A stretch of DNA of 53,817 bases, filler included, from Sphacelaria rigidula (Eukaryota), in the NCBI GenBank assembly GCA_964200075.2. It is 5 parts of 5 records of this genome, joined end to end, with 100 filler letters (N's around TTAATTAATTAA, not from the genome) between each part and the next. Parts side by side here need not be neighbours in the genome. Positions count along the whole stretch, not along the records: positions 43,136 to 53,817 come from CAXNAA020006089.1; 4 more parts are not named here. The stretch is one strand, 5' to 3'. A model generated the notes under the pieces. It made no database searches and had not been told where the DNA came from. It saw only the letters and a list, made by a program, of their open reading frames with translations. Below, in pieces: positions 45,140 to 53,817 of the stretch; the first letter of the stretch is position 1; each line of letters begins with the position of its first letter. A program made the position numbers and the translations under genes.

Positions 45140-47297
45140 CGTTCACATAAAACCCAACACAGTCAAAGGCGAACCTCAGTGACTCGGTGCCCCTGCACAC
45201 CAAAAACACACAGCTCGGGCCGTAGCTGGTCATCACCTGAGCACGTTGCGCGTGCCCTTGCTCAAATCTCTTGCAGAATTCAAAGAAAAACGATGATCGC
45301 GGCACACTCGCGCGAACGATTAGCAAGGACACCTGTCCTTCTTCAATACAGAACGAATTTACGTCAAACGAAGGCTGCCGTCTGTAGATTACGGCAAGGG
45401 TTACCGCTAATGCGCGTACTTCAGCAAAAAAATGCAACCTAATGAACCTATCTGTGTGTTTATTTGGGGCTCGGTGTGCACGTGCTTCGTTACTGTCTTG
45501 CGTCTCCTGCAGCGTACACACACCTGTCAGACACGACTGACTTGTGTCCATAAAAGCAACTAAGAACAGCGGATTCTCAAAAATGAGGTCGAAGAAAAGA
45601 TGAGGTGTAACTGAAAAGCAGTGCTTTCCCTGACCTAAAGTCGTGACCAACGACTTTCATATGGATAACCTCATCCCTCCTGACGTCTCTAAAACTATCT
45701 CGAAGGACTTTCAGGCTTCCGTTCCTCCAAAAGGTATGTGCGAAAGTAAGATTTTCGGGGCAAAAAGTGTCCCTCTTGCCGCCCCGAAATCGAGGCAAGA
45801 ATCGTGCTTTCGCCCATACACTCTTGGGGAACGGAAGGCTGGAAATCTCCCGAAATAGTTTTGGGGAGGTCAGGAGGGATGAGGCCATCCATATGAAAGT
45901 CATTTGTAACGACTTTAGGTCGGGGAATGCACTGCTTTTAAGTTGAACCTCATTGTTTCGTTCAACCCCATTTTTGAGAGTTCGCTATTTAGTATAAGTA
46001 TGGAAGTAGCAACAAGGATACCCATCCTGTACAGTATGAAATGAAGATAACTAAACTCAATGTGGAAACAGCAACGAGGATACTCAGCCTGTACACTATA
46101 AAATCAAAATATAATAGTGGAGCAAATCATGTACAGTTCATCACCCGCATGCACCACTGACGTCAGCGGTCAGCAATGACACGTTTTCTACAATACAGAA
46201 CGGATTTCCGTCTAACAAGGACTGCCGTGTCTACACTAAAGCAAGGGCTACGCTGAAACCAACGCGCGTACATCACCAAGGATAATGCAAGCTAGAATGC
46301 GCGTGAGTGGTACGTGTCTGTGCGTGTTTTTCCGGAGCTATGCGTGTACGTGTTGTGTTGGCGTGCTGTCTCTTGTTGCGTACGCACAGGTTCCAGTCAC
46401 GCACAAAATCAAGATATTAGCGGAGCAACAATCCACCGCCGTAGACTATTATGTACTGTTCATGACCCGTATGTATCACGCTTTCCCCAACATAGTTCCA
46501 CCCAACGACACGTTCTGTCTGACACAGAACGGGCTTCCGTACGAACAAGGTTGCTATGTGTACATTGTTGGCAAGGGCTACCTGCTCGAAGTACTACACA
46601 TGAGTGGTACATGTCTGTGCGTGTTTTTCTCAGGCACAAATTTAGCTCCTTTGAGGAGTCAAGATCTACATTTGATGCAAAATGACCGAAGCCGACAAGA
46701 ACCTGCCGAGGACCGTTGCATTTCAAAGACGTAGAAGCAAAATGGACTCCGAGCCATATCTGTGCATACGCGGAAAATTCAAGCTTTCAGCGGAAAGTTG
46801 TTCAGAGCACAAACGCGTCATGCAATCAATACGACCTACGACAGATGTATTGCGACCCTCCCTCCGTACTTCCTCGCAACACGCTCCCGAACGACCCAGT
46901 CTCCTTTTCGTGAAAGGGTGGTGTTGAGTATACACCAGGGGTTCGTTTTGTATTGTTGAATTTGTATACTTTCATGCGTTATCTTAGGTTCGCCGCAGGT
47001 ACGCTCCGCCTCCCGATTGATGAATATCATGACGACTCTGTATGTTGTGTGAGGGTGGAGTCGAAAATGACGTTCGTTGGACCGGAGGGTCCGCACAAAT
47101 GTCCTGTGGAAGTGGTTCCATTCTGCCGGCAAGTTCTGTTCGTAAGCCTGCGCCAGCGGTTCTACACCGATTTGAGCAAGGTCACGCGCAACATGCTCTG
47201 CTGATGAGCAGCTATAGATTGAGATTGTGTTTTTGGTTTGTGAGGGTGATGCGATCCTGAGGTTCACGGTTGATTGTGTTGAGTTTGTCTGTAAAGC
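45140..47297. mobile_element. ~2.15-kb non-autonomous element with ~140-bp diverged TIRs and internal direct repeats
   Basis: 45140-45275 is inverted relative to 47160-47297; internal ~65-bp repeats at ~45344, ~46191 and ~46521. Confidence 0.6.
45563..45990. mobile_element. Foldback MITE (~190-bp arms) nested in the 45140-47297 element
   Basis: gactttcatatggataacctcatccctcctgac vs gtcaggagggatgaggccatccatatgaaagtc, and continuing outward. Confidence 0.8.
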
Positions 47298-49045
47298 CTT
47301 TGGTTATGCCCCTGTCACCACCAATCCTTCAACTCATCATACATGCTTCGCAGGCAGGCAACCATGCTGCTTTCGTGTGCATAGATTGATTGTTTTTTGT
47401 AGATATATACTCCTCAGATAGTACAGTATCGCAAACATTGTTCCCAATACCAAATATAACGTACGGTGGGTACTGTGATAATTGTAGTGACTGCAGCGTG
47501 TCTTTTCTTGAAGCCGTGAACATGACCAACTTCACCGTCTGCATATATCTGGAACAAACTAAAACGCATTGTTCCCTAGGTTCAGCTCCGAGTTTGTTGG
47601 GTTTTGTGGTGAGCCTTTTCATGTGCCCATGTCAACCGGATATTTATGTTCCCCTTCGAGGTGTCCGGATATTCCTTTTCAAAAGGGGATTTTTGGGCAC
47701 GTTTAGGGGATTTGGGCGGGGGACTTGTGGCATCGCAGCGACCAATCAGCGATCGTGTTTCAAAAAGAGTATTCTGAAAAAGGGGAAAATCTCCTTCGGT
47801 AACAAGGGTCCTAACCGACTGGGGTTAATTACCTGATTAAATAAACTAATATTCATAATCAATGGGTTATTTTGAGAGTGTCAGCAAGGGTCTGCCGTGA
47901 GGAACTTTCCGGACACGTACCCCTCCCTCCCCTGTCGGAGGGCACTTTTCAATAATGTCATGATTTTTGTGATTTATTTCGTTGAATATTGTTGAAGAAA
48001 CTGATCAAGAAACACGGACAAAATACGAAAAGCTGGTGGGCTTTGCGACGTTCGTATATTTGCTTCTGCTCCTCGCCCGCTCTGTCACGATGACCCCGGA
48101 TGCCGGCCACGCTCACACACATGTACGCACACAAGTGCACGGTAGCGACAGCCAGTAGCCAAAGTAGCCACAATATCCCACACCTTGTCGAACTTGCTCA
48201 GGCAACTTGCTCAGGCTGCTGGTAGGTACTCGAGGCACTCGACACGGAACCGGTGCCCTGCAAGCAGTATTTCCAGACACCCTTTACCCTCGACACTGAA
48301 AACGAAAATAATATTGCCATCGACGAGGCAGAATCGGTTGTATTTCCACCTTGACTGTTGTCAACCGAGGGAGAACACTACGATGCGGAATTGCCGATGA
48401 CGTGTGCAGTACCTGCACCATGACTGACCGCGCCACTCGTGGTGTAGCGTTGCGTGTAACCCTGAGCGTACTGCTTCACTGCTGTGCTGTGTGGCGTGCG
48501 GTCTGTTGTGTGCTGCTACTGCCATGCGTGGACAATGCTGTAAGGATCTGCTGTAGCCGTGTATCTTCGACTTGCGTACGTCCATCATTCGCTCCCGCAC
48601 GCCGCAGGCACAAAGATGGCCTTACACGGCGAAACCGCCTCTGTTTATTTTCATAAATACGACTTATCATTACTTCTGTGATAGTTGGTGTGCAACCCTA
48701 ATCTGGACGAAAGTGCTTCTCGATCAGACTGAAAACTGGTAGTTGTTGGAGCAATCAAATTTCCGAAGTGATTTTTATCTATCGGCGTGTCTTGGCAAAC
48801 GTGCGGTGAAAATAATAGTAGTCTGATAAGTCGTCACCTCAACATGAGTTATCCAAGGCACGCCTTCAGGAGATATTACTGTACCTCCTGTGGGCGGCTA
48901 GATGAGAGATGGGGCGCCGTTCTACTCGGCTTGGCCCTTGTTTTTCGTCGTGTTATAAAACTTCTCGCGTCCGAGGCCTGTGCTGTTGATACCTGCAGCA
49001 CTGCTGCTACGCGCGTCAGCCGCGGCTTACCACTAATTATCATTG

Positions 49046-49096
<51 letters not shown>

Positions 49097-49097
49097 A
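49046..49097. repeat. (GTA)n microsatellite
   Basis: Direct reading. Confidence 0.95.
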
Positions 49098-49609
49098 TTC
49101 TTTGCCCCTTTCTTATTTTTTTCATTCGTTTTTTTCCTCTCTTATTTTCCGTGTCCATTGTCGTCTTGTTCCTCGTTCGGAGACAGGTGGAGCGCGGCTG
49201 CGTCTGGTGGAGAGTACCTTGTGACCACAGGTTAGTCGATATGATGGGTGGTCATTCTCCAGTGTTGTGAAAGTCTTGGATGTCTCAGTTTTTCTCTGAG
49301 ATTATACCTTATTTTGAGATACACGAGCTCGTGATTTTTGTTTCCTTGTCGTGGGGGGGAGGAGGGCGGAGGGGCAGTCATGTTCCGAAAACGGGTCACG
49401 ACCTCTCGTCCGGGGAGAATGCGACCAATGAAGATTGTTATGGAAGTCTGAAACAGTTTCTTTTTTTGAAAAAAAATTCACCACTTTCGATTGTTTTGCC
49501 GAAAAGTCATGAACGAATTTCGCCGCTTCTTGTCTTTCCTATCGTGCTGAGGAATGCATTTTTTTTTCTAATACTGCCAGTTGTTCACATCAAAGGCGGT
49601 TTTCCGGCA

Positions 49610-49768
49610 TTCGTCAGCCGTTAAGTCAAGCCCACGATATGGTCGCTCTCCGCTGCTGGGCATGATTTGGGGGGGGAAAAAAAAAAACTCCGGTCGTGTG
49701 ACTTCACCGAGATTCGAAGCCATGCCCCACCCGTCAGGAGGTTCGAGATTACCTACTTGGCCATCGGG
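49610..49768 (-). mobile_element. Diverged SINE copy (5' part)
   Basis: ggtcgctctccgctgctgggcatg ... gagattcgaagcc ... gttcgagattacc matches the SINE head. Confidence 0.65.
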
Positions 49769-50050
49769 TGGACCGGCTATAACAATCATTATCAAAAGGA
49801 ACAACACTAATAGAGACGTTCGTGAACTGTTTTCTCGAACTCGAAGGATGGTAGGATGGAAGGGAGAAAAAGCCGGTAGCGACATAAATTCCATGCTGAA
49901 AATCAAGTTTTCAGGATCAGAGCCCTATTTTGAGCCCATCGTCCTGAAGTCTGAAGTGCCGCTTCAGAAGTCAGGATGCAGCGAAGAAGAATCATCTCCG
50001 CTCTCACCAGTGCTGTCACAGCCAGTTCACAATCAACATAACAACTAGAA

Positions 50051-50255
50051 CTAGAAATAACTTGATTTTAGTATTATTCGTACGGCACGAATCAATCCTT
50101 ACGCTTTGTTTTCAGCGTTGCAACCCGGGTACGCGCAGCCTAGGCACGTGGAATGGCTCAAAAGTTGTGCTGAGCCCTGTTTGACCAGCGGTCGACTTTT
50201 TTCTCTCTTTCGATCAACCAGGCCTAATAAATCGTGGATTTGGTGATCCAGACCG
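50051..50255 (+). repeat. Dispersed ~250-bp repeat, copy 3
   Basis: Colinear with 491-724. Confidence 0.8.
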
Positions 50256-50660
50256 TGCAACATACCCTAGCAAGCAACGTGGGACATCCATCGTAGTATT
50301 CATCCTTATCGCAATGGACCGCTCACGAGGTAGCGACGCATGACATCCCACGCAGGAGACCTCCCTGCCGCCGGCATGGTATCAGCATTCGCTTGGTCGT
50401 GTTGCGCGGAATTTCGAGGCTAGTTTACCGGCGTTGGAGTACAAATATTCATGGTTGACACAATTTTTCCAACCATCGCTACCCCCTAAAAATCTTAACC
50501 CCAACCCAACGCCTACCGAGAACCCTCCGGCAAGGGCGGTACAGACATCCCCTAGGCAACGTGAGGCCTTGGTAGATCCCACAGACCATAGAGACACATC
50601 GGACTGTCAACCCTACTAAAATTCCGATTATCGCTGTACACGCTTAAATCAAGGAAATGT

Positions 50661-51511
50661 CAACCATGGCCATTTGTAGCCCAACTCCGGTAAACCCGAC
50701 TGGAATTTTCCGAGATTGTGTTCTGTAGGGTACGGGTATATTCGGAAAGGTATGAGATTTTCATACAGAACCGGATAAGAGTAAACATTTCGTGTAGATC
50801 GTACAGAATTGTCGGGGACGGGTATGTTATTCTTTCAGGACACACAGAACTGTCGGATACGGGTATGGGAAGCTTCCAAAAATCACAAAACCTGCTGGGA
50901 ACGGGTAATATCGGGGTAACTACCCCGCGTATGCAAAAAAAACGTGAAATTCAAAACAACATAGCCTCGAAATATACCGAAACCATCCTTCATTACATCA
51001 TGGTTATGCGCATAGTTGGCTATAGGTTCGGTTTTGTTTTGTTTTGTTTTCCCCCGCAAGGATGCCCCTCAGAACGGTTGGAAAGGAAATAATTTCCAAG
51101 ACTAGTTCTGCAGGGTACGGGTATTTTCGGTAGGGTATGAGATGTCTCACAGAACTTGCGTAACTGTCGGGTACCGACCTGTATGGAAGTCTTCCAGAAC
51201 TCACCTAACCTGTCGGGTACGGTACAAAGGTTGTACAGAAACCCTTGCCGGCAAACGGGTGCTGCTACAAGGGTAGAACCGTGTCCCGAGTAAGGGTAAT
51301 TAATCATTTCGTACAGATCTCGCAGAATTATCGGATACCTGTGTGGGAGGTTTACATAACTTACAGTACTGTCGGGTACCGGTGCGAGAGGCTCACAAAA
51401 CTGATAGAACTGTCGGGTAAAGGTGAAGGTGATACCGGTGGTGTAAATACTCTGGATATGGGGGGGAAATCGTACCCTTTACAGAAGACAACCTTGGAAA
51501 TTTCAATGGTT
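50661..51511. repeat. Repeat-rich element built of cagaactgtcgggtacgggtat-like units
   Basis: More than 10 degenerate copies; short possible TIR caaccat / atggttg. Confidence 0.55.
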
Positions 51512-52269
51512 GGTACGCACAAGACGTTGCCTTGGGTGCAGCCCCTTACTATCGCCACGCTCGTGTATGTTCAGCTGGAAGAAGACGGTGTGAATGATTC
51601 GTAGTCTACCGAGCAGGCGACAGTGCTGTACCTGACTGTACTGTCGCTCCGTTAGAGTTTATGGCGTCTTCCACCACCTTTCGTGGGCAGCATGGTGCAA
51701 AATTGTTACCATGCGACTTTTGCCTGTCATGTTGAAGTACTGCCGTGCTGCATGTACCGCACTGCTGTAACGTGCCGCACCGTACCATCCACTGTACTGT
51801 ATACGATACTGCAGTGCAGTGTAGTGGGATGTATGGTGTACGGTACGATACGGTACGGAGCGGAACGGCACGGCAGGGTACGGTAAAACAGTAATGTACT
51901 GTCTGTACTAAGGACTCGCTGATGTGTATTTCTCGCTGTACTGATTATTTTTTTCACGTTTTCAAACCGGATGGTTTGATCGCACATTTGGTGGGGCAAC
52001 CTGCTGCCAATTACCGCGGGTGATGAAGTAACGCCTACCCAAGTCACATCAGCTTCAATCCTCATTTTTTATTTCACAGCTTGCAATTCTGATGTTTTTC
52101 GAAGCCTTTATCCTGAAGTTTTTGCGTTCTGATCCTGGATTTTTTTTTTACTTTCCCGAAACTCTCTATTAATAAACATGATGATAATTGTAATACTGAT
52201 CCGACCGTTTCACGTTCCTCCCCCCCCCCTTTCCTTTCCATTTCTTTTTTTTGCATTTATTATTCGCAG

Positions 52270-52493
52270 GTTTTGCAAGGTGCTGCAGGCGTTTTTGGTA
52301 CCTCCATCATGCGCGAGAAAGAGGCGACTTGGAGTCCGCTCTGAACGTCGAAAGCTTCGGGGAGGATGGGAAGGGAGGCAAGCGAAACGGCCGTTACTCA
52401 GCAAAGATCGCCGATATTCTGGCTCTCTGCCAACCTGACTGGCGGCTCATCACGTGCGCGTTCGCGGCGCTTCTATTGGCCGCCACTTCTCAG
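52270..52493 (+). CDS. Exon of an ABC transporter, B subfamily (TAP/ABCB9-like half transporter), start of the core TMD
   Basis: ttcgcag| ... CAG|gtaagt; encodes ...SAKIADILALCQPDWRLITCAFAALLLAATSQ, typical of the elbow helix and TM1 of TAP-like ABCB proteins. Confidence 0.7.
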
Positions 52494-53817
52494 GTAAGTT
52501 GGCGTCCCGCTTTTTTTTTTTTTAGCAATAGACATAAGTGGGTCGACCCAAGCCTTTTTTTCAGCCGAAAGGGGATCTTGGTATAACACAGGTATCCATG
52601 TTTCCGGGAGGTTGAGAGTGGAGGATACAATTGAAAGTGAAAAGCGGCCAATGAGTGATTCTGGAGTAGCTTGCCACCGAGGCCCTTGATATCCTTGAAT
52701 AGGTGGGATATCGACGTGTAGCTGTAAGCACACACAAGTGATGAAGGCAAAGAAAAGCGGACACGGAATGAAAAATTGGCGATGTTGAAGCGAATGATCA
52801 AACCCACTCTCAATCAGCGCTGTACTCTTAATCTCATGAAAACGTTTGCATGTACGGGCCCTCTCCGTGCTCCTCCCAAATCGATCGAATATCAATCGTG
52901 ACACAAAGGCGAGTGGACCACGGCCGAGGCAGAGCACGGTAGTAGACTTTCACGACCTTCCGAGCGCGTCTACGCACCAAACATTGCCGTTGGCGACAAG
53001 AGCTGCGCAGTAGGCCTCGTTCAGTCCGAGAACGGGGTGGGACGACCCACCGCTATGTACTAGGCTCATCCCCGACCCTCTTTTTCCCATGGTTGGACCC
53101 CTTTTTGTCAAAGTAGACCCTCTGGTGACCGCTCTCCGTCCCTCAAAACTCACCTTCCACGCCACCGCACGGTAGAACATCACGGGACCTAAGTAGAATA
53201 TTCAGTAGAGTATACCACTTGGTAGGTATTAATATTTCTGAATCGGTTTTAGTGTTCGCTGATCGCTGCCCCGCGGAACAACAATAAAGGTAGACAATGA
53301 TCTCTCCTATTTTATTGTTCTGCAGCAGTTGCAGAGACCCCAATGGACCCCCGCCAGCGACAAGAAAACCGCCCTCACGTGCAATGTGTCGGGGAAAGCA
53401 GCAACGGCCCGAAACCGTTCCGAGATTTTTCTGGTGAAAATAAGTCAAACTCTCCGTCGAGAGTAGTCACACCCCCCTGTAGCGTGTTCTTGTGTCAAAA
53501 AAAAATTAGAATCACGTACATGCATCCAGAGTATGTGGTCTTGAAAATAATATTGAGGATCACCACATACTCGCGAATGCAAATTTTCATGTTGCAGCCA
53601 CGCACTAATCTTGCATCATAGTGACGTGGACCACATACTTTCACCGGCACGCGATACTCCTCCTCGCTAGTGTGTTAGCTCTCGAGATGGCAGCTCCCAT
53701 CCTTCATCGAGGTGTGCTCACCACTCGGTCGATGACGAAATTTCTCGGAAACATCTTTTTTTTTTTATATAGCGCTAACCCTAAGCTTATATCCAACCCA
53801 AGGCTCACCGAGAACAC

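Overview
Eukaryotic, intron-rich DNA, most likely from a brown alga (inferred from an Ectocarpus-type LRR gene with one 72-nt exon per repeat). The window is not one locus. It consists of five contigs of 10,684/10,684/10,684/10,683/10,682 bp joined by identical artificial 100-nt spacers (44 N + TTAATTAATTAA + 44 N). Contig 1 carries a minus-strand RCC1-repeat gene with a polyQ tract. Contig 2 is mostly MITEs, a tRNA-derived SINE and decayed retroelement sequence. Contig 3 holds the main finding: an LRR (probably ROCO-type) gene whose repeat region is an array of at least 17 cassettes of about 230-260 bp. Eight are intact sense 72-nt exons and nine are antisense exon copies. Almost every junction carries a copy of a palindromic core (consensus CCTACGCGTAGG), and paralogous cassettes occur in both orientations with homology ending at that core. 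This suggests a shufflon-like invertible exon array; no recombinase is visible. Contig 4 contains a decayed Academ/DUF6589-like transposase split in frame by a hAT element. Contig 5 has an ABCB (TAP-like) transporter exon among many foldback elements. All calls were made by eye, without database searches.
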